Assembly: GCF_001194135.2 (NCBI RefSeq)
Contig: NC_068995.1
Coordinates: 21,184,369-21,221,203, forward strand
Origin: Octopus bimaculoides
Taxonomy: Eukaryota
Direction: 5' to 3'
Length of the DNA stretch: 36,835 nucleotides
In this document: piece after piece, positions 24,501 to 35,231 of the stretch
Position numbering within the stretch: position 1 is the first letter of the stretch
Layout of the letters: every line of letters starts with the position of its first letter
Notes under the pieces: generated by a model
What the model was told of the DNA's origin: nothing
Seen by the model: the letters and a program-made list of their open reading frames with translations, nothing else
The model's database searches: none
Made by a program: the position numbers and the translations under genes

Positions 24501-24764
24501 GCTGTAGTATAAAATGTTATAACTTAATTCATGATCACATACCCATCACTGTACATATTTCATCTCCCAACTTCTGAGGTTCTATGTCTATATATTTATT
24601 TATCCCCTCCCACAAGATGAGCAATTACTTCCCCTGTCCCCAATAATAACGATCACCGATTACTTCCCCTTAGACTTTTCTACTTGTTGAATCATTCATT
24701 CACAAACTACTCCACACACAACATAGACTAAAATCTTAAGAAATTATGAAATTAGAATAATTTG

Positions 24765-24800
24765 AATGTCTTGACTAACAAAAAAGAAACCAGTCATAAA
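24765..24800 (+). ncRNA. Degenerate hammerhead-like motif (core CUUGACUA)
   Basis: aatgt CTTGACTA acaaaaaa GAAA ccag TC ata; stem II lost. Confidence 0.35.
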
Positions 24801-24857
24801 ATAAAATATAAAACATATTAAAATATGTATTAAAACTATGTAATGTGTGTGCATTTT

Positions 24858-24893
<36 letters not shown>

Positions 24894-25319
24894 ACATACA
24901 CACACACACACTCACACACACAAACACACATATACACACGCATAAAGACTGGCACACGCGCACATTGACTTCGGGCTTTAGTATGTTATATTGATTCCAA
25001 ACTTGTAACTATTTAGCAGGAACACAACCGTGTGTTATACGAATCTGATCGCAACTCATGTTTCGGTACCACTGCAGCTACTCAAATCTCTAAGTCGGTA
25101 TGATTTTCATCCCATTTAAATCAATGTTTCATTCGTATGTGCATTATTTATGGAAGATCAGCAGTACAAAACAGATGTCTTTCGTTCGTACATTTGGACA
25201 TTAGGTAAAATAATGAGGTGAAATAATTTCAGAGGTACTTTGCTCGTGTAAAAACTGCTGGAATCATGTAAAAGTTTTGAAAGTACTACTTGTAATTTCA
25301 TTGAAATGTCGGAAAACTC

Positions 25320-25720
25320 TCTATATCATTCGGTGGTTTCTCAGGGTCAAAACCTATTCACTCCTTCGCCTGACTGGGGCAACGAAGACTGAAGTAATTT
25401 TCACCTATGGAAAGGTTCCACTTGCTGTCTCTTAGTAACAATAGACACTTTGAGTTAATTTCAGCTGCTCTGTCTATCTCTTTGTCGGCTTACTTCAGTT
25501 GTTTGTGTTCCAAATCTATTTTCTGTAGAAATAGCGCGCGATGTAGCTGGAAATCCACAGCAGCCGACTTCAAAAAGAAATATGGCTGCATGCCATCTCT
25601 CAATGCGGGTCTCCTCAAACACGTCCTGATATTTTGTCTCAAGGCTGTCCTCTACAATGTTATATTGAATATTTTTAAGTGTTGAAGCTAACGGTTGGCA
25701 TAATCTCTGTAATGTGGTGT
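25320..25720 (-). mobile_element. 3' fragment of a HERO-like (R2 superfamily) non-LTR retrotransposon
   Basis: Minus strand ETKYQDVFEETRIERWHAAIFLFEVGCCGFPATS then, after a frameshift, RYFLQKI...EIDRAAEINSK; matches the KY..L.EE....GW.....EVGCRGF motif of HERO endonucleases. Confidence 0.65.
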
Positions 25721-26211
25721 CATACAGAAGTATGATATCGCTTTTATTGAAACTTCATTATCCTACAAATATTCAGAAAGCATCCTAACTACATTCTTAG
25801 AAGTTTTAAGCAGAACGATGGATTTTAGAGCCAGATCACCTTCCTACACCGATATTGATGGCCTAAAACTCTCTATGCGTGTGTCTATCAGCTTATGTTT
25901 TTACGCGTTAATGTTTCCGTTATTCTGTTAAAAAGAGAAAAAAAAACTTCTTAATAGTTTTTCGCCTTTACCATTATTAACGGTTGTAAATCCATAGACT
26001 GTAGCGCCATAATTTACGTTAGCGTTGTTTTACTTTGCTTTCACTTACATTCCATTATCATGTTACTCGACTCTATTCATTCTTTATATTTGCTTAATTT
26101 TATCCCAACGTTCTAAAGGATGTTACTGAAACGGTAAAATCATTCTGTAAATAACGAATGCATACAACAACAACAACAAAGACGACAACAACAACAATAA
26201 TAATAATAATA

Positions 26212-27502
26212 CAATCATTGAAAAGAGGAGAGAGCTATAAGTATCTAGGGGTATTAGAGTTTGACAGAGTATTAACTACAAAAATGAAAACGAAAATTGA
26301 GAAGGAGTACATGAGATGAGTGAAGAAACGAATGAAGACAAAGCTAAATGGTCCGAATCTAGTGAAGGCTGTAAATACTTGGGCAGTATCATTACTTAGG
26401 TACACAGCAGCTTTTATAGATTGGACAAAAGCTGAATAAGAAAAGCTAGGCGGAAGGACTAGGAAGGAATTGAACATGAATGGTGGAGGGAGATCATATG
26501 TACCGAAGAAGAAAGGCGGGTGAGGGTTAATATCAGTAGAAGATAGCGTGGAGTTAGCTAGAGAAAATAGAGACACCTATGCAGATAATAGTGAAGATAG
26601 CGTACTAAAAGCGGTTAGAGTCACAGGAAGACATAGGAAAACCAAAACCCCAAACGAAGTTAAAATCCAGAACTAAGAATAGAAGTTATCTGACTGGCAG
26701 GAAAAGGTGTTCATGGTAAATTACCGAAGTTAGTTGCAGCAAATAGTAATAGTGAAACATGGATATAGTCGTAGAAGGGAAAACTGTAAAGTTTGTTCGT
26801 AGCAACAAAAGATCAAGCATTAAGGACTAATTGGATAAAAGCCAAGATAGACAAAAACCTAGTAGATTCCCAATGTAAGTTATGTAAATAAAAACAGGAA
26901 AGCGTTACTCATATAGTAAGTGAATGTAGCATGCTGGCAGAGAAAGAATACAAGACAATACATGACAACATAGAGAGAGAGCAGTCTACCGGGACTTAAG
27001 TAGAAAGCTAGGATTGAAACATACTGATAAATTGTATGAACATAAACCCAGTAAAGTACTAGAAAGTAAGAAATACAAGATGTTGTGAAACTTTAACATT
27101 CAGACTGGCAGACTAATGGAGGCTACAAGGCCTGATTCAGTAGTAGTAGATAAAGAGAATAAAAAGGTAATTGACGTTACAGTTCCAAATGATGAAAGAA
27201 TCAAAATGAGAGGTATAGAAAACAAAGCAAAGTACGAAGACGTAGCCACTAAATTACAGAGGCTATGGAATGTGTGGGTAAAATGCAATCCAATAAGTTA
27301 TATGTGCATTGGGAACTATTCTAAATATCTGAGCAGGTGGATAGAGGAAATATGCATAAAACCCAGTTTAGTAACGCTGCAGAAAGCAGTATTATCAGGG
27401 ATAGTTAAGATATTTAGGAGGGTCTTGGCATTTAAGGTTACTTGTAGCCCAATGTTAGGATGTTTTCCTTTTCTAAGAGTCAAATCTGTCGTGTGTATAT
27501 GA
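26212..27502 (+). mobile_element. R4/Dong-clade non-LTR retrotransposon, 5'-truncated and decayed
   Basis: YKYLGVLE, LNGPNLVKAVNTWAVSLLRY, YVPKKKGG*GLISVE, DQALRTNWIKAKID, CCHC knuckle CKLCK...THIVSEC, HDN, RPDSVVVDKENK..IDVTVPND; flanked by (AAC/AAT)n and AAT repeats. Confidence 0.92.
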
Positions 27503-27520
27503 AAATAATACTAATAATAA

Positions 27521-27697
27521 TCCTTTCTACTAAACGCACAAGGCCTGGTGTTTCGCTGGGGCCTAATTTATCCATCCCGGATGGATGAAAGGCAAAGTTA
27601 CCCTCGTTGGAATTTGAACTTAGAACGCGCAGACGGTCGAAATGCCATAAGGCATTTAACCCGGCGTGTTTACGACTCTTCTAGCTCACTAACTTCA
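27521..27697 (-). mobile_element. SINE family 2
   Basis: ggatgaaaggcaaagttaccctcgttggaatttgaacttagaacg. Confidence 0.85.
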
Positions 27698-27714
27698 CCA
27701 ATAATAATAATAAT

Positions 27715-27829
27715 ACTTTCAATACAGTAACCATAAGAGCATCACAGAAAACCACAGCACATATCCAAAGCACAGAGAGTTGCGCTTGGTAGTGAAGTGA
27801 AAGCACGCTATAAAAATAAAACTACTGAA
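27715..27829 (+). mobile_element. Short 3' tail of another TAA-terminating LINE
   Basis: ...gcgcttggtagtgaagtgaaagcacgctataaaaataaaactactgaa followed by (aat)n; recognised as a common octopus LINE tail. Confidence 0.5.
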
Positions 27830-27830
27830 C

Positions 27831-27889
<59 letters not shown>

Positions 27890-27980
27890 CAACAACAACA
27901 ACACCAAAAACAACAACAACGACAACAACAAAAACAACAACAACAACAACAACAACAACAGCAACAACAACAACAACAAC

Positions 27981-28022
<42 letters not shown>
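27830..28022. repeat. (AAT)n-(AAC)n-(AAT)n microsatellite
   Basis: Direct reading. Confidence 0.97.
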
Positions 28023-28023
<1 letters not shown>

Positions 28024-28838
28024 TACATGGCCAATTTTGGAGATCCACTGAGGACGTATGTATAACAAAATACTGGGCTTGCTTAACAAAGCGGTAATTA
28101 AAAAAAAAAGATTAAACTATAAAAGATCAAACTATAAAAGCAAACAAACTTGAACTAAAATTATTTGGAGAGAATGTGTCAGAAATATATCGAGCATGTA
28201 GAACTTCAACGAAACAGTGGCACACATTGAAAGAATGCCTAGAGTTCGCACAGGAAGAATATACGAGATGGAGGTAGGACCAGGTAGTAAAAGTAATTCA
28301 CTGGAAACTCTGACAGAAATGGGGATTTGAAGCTGGAAACCCATGGTACAATTATCGAGTCGAAAGGGTACCGGAGTCGGAAAAATGTAATATTTTGTAG
28401 GATTTTCCTATTCAAACGGATAAGAAATAATAGACCAGACATAACAATTAAAGATAAGGAAAAGTGAAGTTGCTGCCTTATCGATTCATCATGCCCGTTT
28501 GATTCCATGGTCGTTGAGAAAGAGGAAGAAACATATACAACCCCTTAGAATTTCAAATTGGAATAATTTGGAGCATGCGTACAGTAAAGGTCGTGCCTAT
28601 AATAATTGGTGCCTTGAGAACAGTTAGCAAATATATAGACAAATGGCTGAAGGTGATTGGAATAGAATGCCTAGTAGTGCTCCTTACAGAAAGTTTGTAT
28701 CTTAGTGACAGCAAGGATTATCTGGAGACTTTTAATCACCCAAAACACTGCTGAAAACTTGTGGATACTTAAAGTTTCAGGTGGTAACTCGCTACCCACA
28801 TAAATCGGGAATAAGACCGAATCTGAGCCAAAACAAAA
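28023..28838 (+). mobile_element. Second, distinct R4/Dong-clade fragment
   Basis: HGQFWR, DQVVKVIHWKL, WYNY....V.ESEKCNIL*DFPIQTDK, NRPDITIKDKE, CLID.SCPFD, VKVVPIIIGALRTVSK; ends in (aat)n at 28840. Confidence 0.88.
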
Positions 28839-29954
28839 CAATAATAATAATAAAACTTTCCATACAAGTTATTTATTCACTACATCTTATGGCGCAGTAG
28901 GCATATCTCTGCTACTGTCGCAAAATTTTAGCAATATTTATGAACAGTATGAATATATATTACATAGACAGTACGAAGAGAACATTAGGAATTGTTTGTG
29001 TGAGTTTTTACACATTTATATCATTATACGTCAGTAGAATTATTCCCAGCTAATTTGCAGATTGACCATAGGCAGCCGTCGATGCTTCCTATCGAAGTCG
29101 GTTTTGCAACACGATAATTATATGTTATTATTTATAAACATATGTGCTTCGAGATCCATTATTTCGAAATCGAACTTATTCACGTTCTGTCGAACGTCTC
29201 TAAAACACTTATGACGCCTACGATATACGTAAACACACGCGCGCGCGCACGCACAGACACACACACACACACAAATATATATAACTGTGCATGTATATAT
29301 TTATATGCATTTGTGTTGTTTTATTCTTTTCCAGCGAATATTTGAGATATCACCGTGGTGACCAAATCTGTTTCAATAATAATCAAAGCAAAGAGGCACC
29401 ACGTGTTCCATAGCTGATTGCGAATATTGCTTGTTTCTTTAACAGATGGGACGCACCCTGAACAAACTGAAAGTACCTGGGCATAGTTGACTCTTATATT
29501 TGGGAATTTATATAGAGAAGGAGATACGAGAAAGATAGTTTATTTTATAAAATCATCATAAGCTTTTGCAAACCTTCATTCTTGAATATTTTAAACTAAT
29601 AAATGTATGCTTTAAACAATGTTTTGACTGTTATTTCTAGCAACTCCTGTTGGCTTGTTCGTAGCTTTTAAATATTTAATTTGCTCGCGTAGCTAGTTTA
29701 AAGTTCTGACATGCCGATGTCCCCACCCCCATGATGATGGAAGCGGCAGCGAACTCGCTATTTTCTGAATGGCTGCAAATTCTGAAAATCATCAAGCTTT
29801 GAACACCTGTAACATTTTTGCAAAGTGTTTCTGGAATAAATGAATACCAATTTCGGATTCAGCGTCAAAAATTACACCTACGTGATACGTTCAAAATTTT
29901 TTTAAAGATAATTGTAAACAATGACGATAACGACAAAGATCCGAGCCACGCGTT

Positions 29955-30372
29955 TATTCGAACAAATCCACCCCAGGACTTATTCTTTCTAAGCCTACTA
30001 GTTACTCGTTCGTTTCACTTTTGTCAAACCGCTAAGTTAAGGGGACGTAAACNNNNNNNNNNNNNNNNNNNNNNNNNNNNNNNNNNNNNNNNNNNNNNNN
30101 NNNNNNNNNNNNNNNNNNNNNNNNNNNNNNNNNNNNNNNNNNNNNNNNNNNNNNNNNNNNNNNNNNNNNNNNNNNNNNNNNNNNNNNNNNNNNNNNNNNN
30201 NNNNNNNNNNNNNNNNNNNNNNNNNNNNNNNNNNNNNNNNNNNNNNNNNNNNNNNNNNNNNNNNNNNNNNNNNNNNNNNNNNNNNNNNNNNNNNNNNNNN
30301 NNNNNNNNNNNNNNNNNNNNNNNNNNNNNNNNNNNNNNNNNNNNNNNNNNNNNNNNCAAGGCTTTGGTCGGC
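29955..30372 (-). mobile_element. SINE family 1 remnant spanning a gap
   Basis: ccccaggacttattctttctaagccta...gctaagttaaggggacgtaaac, gap, then caaggctttggtcggc. Confidence 0.75.
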
Positions 30373-30814
30373 ATTGTGATCCTTGCCAATCTTTCTGCGC
30401 AATCATCGTTCCTTTCTCTTTTCCCCGTTTTGTGAGATAGCAGTAAATGCTTTTTCTAAAATCAAAACAAAGAAGAAAAAAGTAAGGTTATATGCCTTCA
30501 GGACCTATTGCCCACTCATAGCTTTCTCTGTGTGGGAAAGAGTACAAAGAAGGGACAACTAGATCTAACTAACAGTAGTATTATTACCTTCAGGGGACTG
30601 TCACATTAAGTTGACACCATACAACTACTTCATCGTACCACTACTGCATAAATCTCTCTTAGAGATTTAGAAATGTATTAATTCTAAACTACATTCTCTA
30701 TTTATCATTTATAGAATGCGTAAACAAGAAGCTATGATCAGATATATCTTTACATAACGGTATCTATGTGTGTATACGTATGTGTGTGTGTGTGCTTGTG
30801 TGTATACGCAGATA

Positions 30815-31040
30815 CGTGGTCAGAAGCTTAATTCTGGGTTCAATCTCACTACGTACTATCTTGGACATATGTCTTCTCCTATAGCCCCGGTCCCATCATG
30901 TGTGTGTGTGGTGTGTGTTTGCATGTATGTATGTATGTGTGTATGCATGTATATATTTATGTATGTATACATTTTTGTCTGTGTTTGTCCCCCCCCATCA
31001 CCGCTTGACAACTGCGATCGATTTGTTCTACTTAAAGCCA
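30815..31040 (+). mobile_element. Decayed SINE family 1
   Basis: gtggtcagaagctt..ctgggttcaat...tgtcttctcctatagcc...tgtttgtccccccca tcaccgcttgacaac. Confidence 0.75.
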
Positions 31041-31062
31041 TGCATATTTATACATTTATATA

Positions 31063-31097
<35 letters not shown>

Positions 31098-31108
31098 TTA
31101 CGTATATC

Positions 31109-31195
31109 GTAGAAGTCACTCGCGGAAGGTGCCACGCAGTTTGACTGAACCCGGAACTATGTGGTTGGGAAGCAAGCTTCTTACCACACAGCCAC
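31109..31195 (-). mobile_element. SINE family 1 head fragment
   Basis: aaggtgccacgcag..tgactgaacccggaactatgtggttgggaagcaagcttcttaccacacagccac. Confidence 0.85.
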
Positions 31196-31905
31196 TCATA
31201 TTATATATACGTATATGTATGTATGAATATATATATGCATATACTTACAAACATATATATATTAATATATTTTATTCATATCTATTTATACACGCAAACA
31301 CACACACATACATATATATGTAAAATAAGTATACACCACCTAAAAGTGCTAATATATACGTGCGTGCGTGCAAGTGAGCGGGAGAGCGTGTGTCTGAGAA
31401 AATACGTTTCTGCTGCTTTTCTGAGACATTTGAAAATAGGCTGAAAATGTTTTAAGCACAACATTAGAAATCTATGACTCATAGGCATAGGAGAATTTAA
31501 AAAAAGAATTAAACTCACCTGTATTCTAAATTCAGTAAATTACTTTTGAGCTGCTGGGCTCATAACCTAGAATCAGTTATAATTTTCTATGTCGTAAACA
31601 AGCAGTGTGATCCTTGCCAATCTTTCTTCGCATATCATTGTTCCTTTTTCTTTTCCCCATTTTGTGAGATAGCAGGAAATGCTTTTTCTAAAACCAAACC
31701 AAAGAAAAACATAAGCTTATATGCCTGCAGGACCTACTTCCCACTCATAGCTTTCTCTGTGTGGGAGAGAGTACAAAGAAAGGACAACTACATTCTCTAT
31801 TTGTCATTTATGGAATGCGTAAATAAGAAGCTATAATCATAAATATCCTTACATAAAGGTATATATGTGTGTATATACATGTGGGTGTGTGTGTATACAC
31901 ACATA

Positions 31906-32034
31906 CATGGTCAGAAGCTTAGTTCTGGGTTCAATCCCACTGCTTGCTGCCTTGGGCATGTGTCTTCTGCTATAGCCCTGGTCCAATTAAAGCCTTGTAA
32001 CTGGATTTGTTAGAGAAACTGAAAGAAGCCCGTC

Positions 32035-32096
<62 letters not shown>

Positions 32097-32204
32097 GTAT
32101 GTATGTATGTCTGTATGTACGTATGTGTGTATGTATGTATATATGTATGTATGTATGTATAAATTTGTGTCTGTATTTGTTCCCCCATCACCGCTTAACA
32201 ACCG
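31906..32204 (+). mobile_element. SINE family 1
   Basis: ctgggttcaatcccactgc...ccttgggcatgtgtcttctgctatagcc...gaaactgaaagaagcccgtcgtatata. Confidence 0.88.
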
Positions 32205-32315
32205 TGATTGAAGTTTGAGCCTGATGGAACCATTTTTCTTTCTGGTTTTAGAGTTTAATCATGGCCGCTCTACTAGCAATGTGCACCAAAGAAGAACAAA
32301 AGCAGTGATCCGAGA
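32203..32315 (+). mobile_element. Mariner 5' fragment (TIR remnant plus transposase N-terminus)
   Basis: gaagtttgagcctga, then ATG at 32259: MAALLAMCTKEEQ..VIR. Confidence 0.6.
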
Positions 32316-32321
32316 AATGGT

Positions 32322-32731
32322 AATGGTGATCTCTCTCGCTTTCTGAATCTTCTCTTCAGTGGTGGATTTTGGCGGGCGACCTACTTCCTCTTCCTGTATC
32401 GTGCTTGTCCGGCCACTTTTAAGTCTCTGCATCCACACTTCTATGCGGTAATACAGTGTCACCGTATTATGCTAAAAGTCTACGTTGTATTTCAGCACCT
32501 GACACTTTTGGACCAGAGAAATCGGATCTTTGTACTTCTTTGGTGCACATTACTATTGGAGAGACCATGGTTACACTGTAAAGCCAAGAGGGAAAATGGT
32601 GCGATCATGCTCAAACTTCGATCACGTGACAACAATAGAACCAAGAATAAGCACACATGCGCAGAAGGCAGCTTGACAATAATAAAGATTGTTATAGCGA
32701 AAATGCAGATAATTTTTGACTTTTCCTCGTA
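32322..32731 (-). mobile_element. Mariner 5' fragment with TIR and decayed HTH region
   Basis: Minus strand: TA+cgaggaaaagtcaaaaattatc TIR; MVSPIVMCTKEVQR.IRFLWSK..GAEIQRRL...W..RLKSGRTS..EE..GRP..STTEE. Confidence 0.85.
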
Positions 32732-32829
32732 TATAAGCATATATATTTAGATGTATATTTAATGCATAAATGTATGAGTAAATATTTATGTAACTCTTTT
32801 CTTTCTCCCTCTCTCCCTTTCTCTCTCTA

Positions 32830-32873
<44 letters not shown>

Positions 32874-32923
32874 AACACACACACAGACACACAGAGATTT
32901 ATATATAATATAATATACATACA

Positions 32924-32960
32924 TACGAGGTGTGTATGAAATCTTTTGAGCTTTCAAGGC
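32924..32960 (+). mobile_element. Mariner TIR remnant
   Basis: TA+cgaggtgtgtatgaaatcttttgagc. Confidence 0.5.
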
Positions 32961-33752
32961 CTTTGAATCTTAGAGCCTTGTACTTTCATCAGAAATCTTG
33001 TGGCATGTTTTTATTGGGGTGGGGAGGGCTCAAGACTTTTTATATACCACTCGTATCTATATACATACATATATATGTATAGTATACCTGAATGTATGCA
33101 TGATGTGTATACATGGACGTATTTGTGTTGTGTGTAGTGCAGAAATTTGTGCGTCTGCGATTGTATATATGTAATACGAACTCCTACGCACTAACACACT
33201 TATATGGAAGACTGAGATAAAAAAAAAAATAGAGCTAACTTCATTTCGTGCCAGACATAGTGATATATTGCATATGCGCATTATATATATANNNNNNNNN
33301 NNNNNNNNNNNNNNNNNNNNNNNNNNNNNNNNNNNNNNNNNNNNNNNNNNNNNNNNNNNNNNNNNNNNNNNNNNNNNNNNNNNNNNNNNNNNNNNNNNNN
33401 NNNNNNNNNNNNNNNNNNNNNNNNNNNNNNNNNNNNNNNNNNNNNNNNNNNNNNNNNNNNNNNNNNNNNNNNNNNNNNNNNNNNNNNNNNNNNNNNNNNN
33501 NNNNNNNNNNNNNNNNNNNNNNNNNNNNNNNNNNNNNNNNNNNNNNNNNNNNNNNNNNNNNNNNNNNNNNNNNNNNNNNNNNNNNNNNNNNNNNNNNNNN
33601 NNNNNNNNNNNNNNNNNNNNNNNNNNNNNNNNNNNNNNNNNNNNNNNNNNNNNNNNNNNNNNNNNNNNNNNNNNNNNNNNNNNNNNNNNNNNNNNNNNNN
33701 NNNNNNNNNNNNNNNNNNNNNNNNNNNNNNNNNNNNNNNNNNNNNNNNNNNN

Positions 33753-33790
<38 letters not shown>

Positions 33791-34382
33791 TATATATATA
33801 AATGCATATACACACACACATATCTATACATCAACACACACACATACACACACGCGCACACAGATGCACACATACACACACGCACATGCACATGAACGCG
33901 CACATACCTCACACACACTCATACATACACTCACACACAAACATACACACGCACACGTATACGTCAAACTTCTAGTCAAACACCTTTCTACTAACCATTT
34001 CTCAACGCACATGTGAAGAGGCACACAAAGGACCACCTCTCCTGTTACCATGCAGCTGAATTCTTCCTACAACATCAAGAGACACAACTTTCACTCACAC
34101 ATACACATATAAACAGCCAATACAAACACAAACACCACACGCACAATATATACACACACATCTACACAGACACTAGTTATTACATAGACACACACAGACT
34201 CGCGCGCACACACATACCCCCCCACACACACACACACACATACCTCCTTCTTTTACACTCTCCTGTCTTAGAAAGAACTTTTTCTTCACCCATTCCCTTC
34301 CGGTCATTTCAAAGTGTAATCCCATGTGAATTGTTGGCGATCTGTTATTTCCCCCGTCTTCTTTTTCAATTGGACTTTCTCT

Positions 34383-34417
34383 GCTTCTGAAGAAAAGCTT
34401 TGCTCGAAACGTTAAAC
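34383..34417 (+). ncRNA. Solo minimal PLE-type hammerhead-like motif
   Basis: gctt CTGAAGA a aagc ttt gctc GAAA cg TT aaac; palindromic AACGTT. Confidence 0.55.
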
Positions 34418-34512
34418 CTCCTCTTTTCCTTCCCTGAGCGTCTGCTAATACTTTACATATACCACGTACTCGCATTGCTGTTTTTTGTGCTTGTTCTTCG
34501 TTTGTGGAGATT

Positions 34513-34600
<88 letters not shown>

Positions 34601-35231
34601 TGAGAGAGATAGAGAGAGAGATAGATACACATATATAGCATATGCTATATATATATATAGTTAATCAAATATATTCTATAAGAATACAGTATACTGAATT
34701 TCGAATAAGTGCTCTTGGTAAGGAAACGTCTAAAACCTTACAGGTATTTAGACATTTAATAGGAGCGATTACATATTAGAAAGTAAGAGCAGGAAAAATT
34801 ACATCAAATAATCACAGAAGATATACATCAACAATAATATTGCATTAGTAGATAAAGTATGATTAGTTAAAAAGTTCGAAATATCTTACGATCGTTTCAT
34901 GAATATATTACCCTTTGAAATAAAATCCAAGATTGATAATCATTATTAGGTAATACATCCACACGTCAGAGAAAATTCATGAATTTCTGTGTATTCAATC
35001 GAATGAGATATACGCTATTTAAAAACGTATGATGAAGATGTTGTTCAAATAGTTACTGCCATAGATGTGCGTTGGTACACACTTGGGCTAAACATTTTGA
35101 AGAAATAATATAAATCTGTGGTAAAATCCTCTACAGTAATTCATAATAGTAATGTGTAGATATAAATCTCATAATTCCGTTCCCTTCAATATGTAATCCA
35201 TAAATGAAGGAAATATAATTTATAACCCAAA

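Larger units (their letters stand above)
23853..24859 (-). mobile_element. 5'-truncated Penelope-like element with inverted pseudo-LTR
   Basis: Arms about 23853-24240 and 24510-24859 (roughly 75-80% identical by eye); spacer on the minus strand encodes CSGFGYHYIGQTENH...YENLFIENFRTSLN (GIY-YIG C-terminus). Confidence 0.85.
30376..31984 (+). repeat. Local direct duplication: 30376-30893 and 31607-31984
   Basis: gtgatccttgccaatcttt...cccactcatagctttctctgtgtggga...ggtcagaagctt...tatagccc present twice; copy A has an extra 130 bp (30562-30691). Confidence 0.9.

Noticed and set aside
25045-25090. Minus-strand ggtacc GAAACATGAGTT g, similar to the 17.4-kb HHR 3' half
   Set aside because: The CUGANGA core is missing, so it is not counted as an HHR, although it may be a further relic
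29425-29480. Good-looking splice acceptor ttgcttgtttctttaacag followed by a short open frame
   Set aside because: Only a weak donor (GTACCT) and a tiny exon; no other support
639-33918. Long ORFs in the track containing runs of X, and poly-I/H/M/Y ORFs
   Set aside because: They are produced by N gaps and by di- and trinucleotide repeats, not by coding sequence
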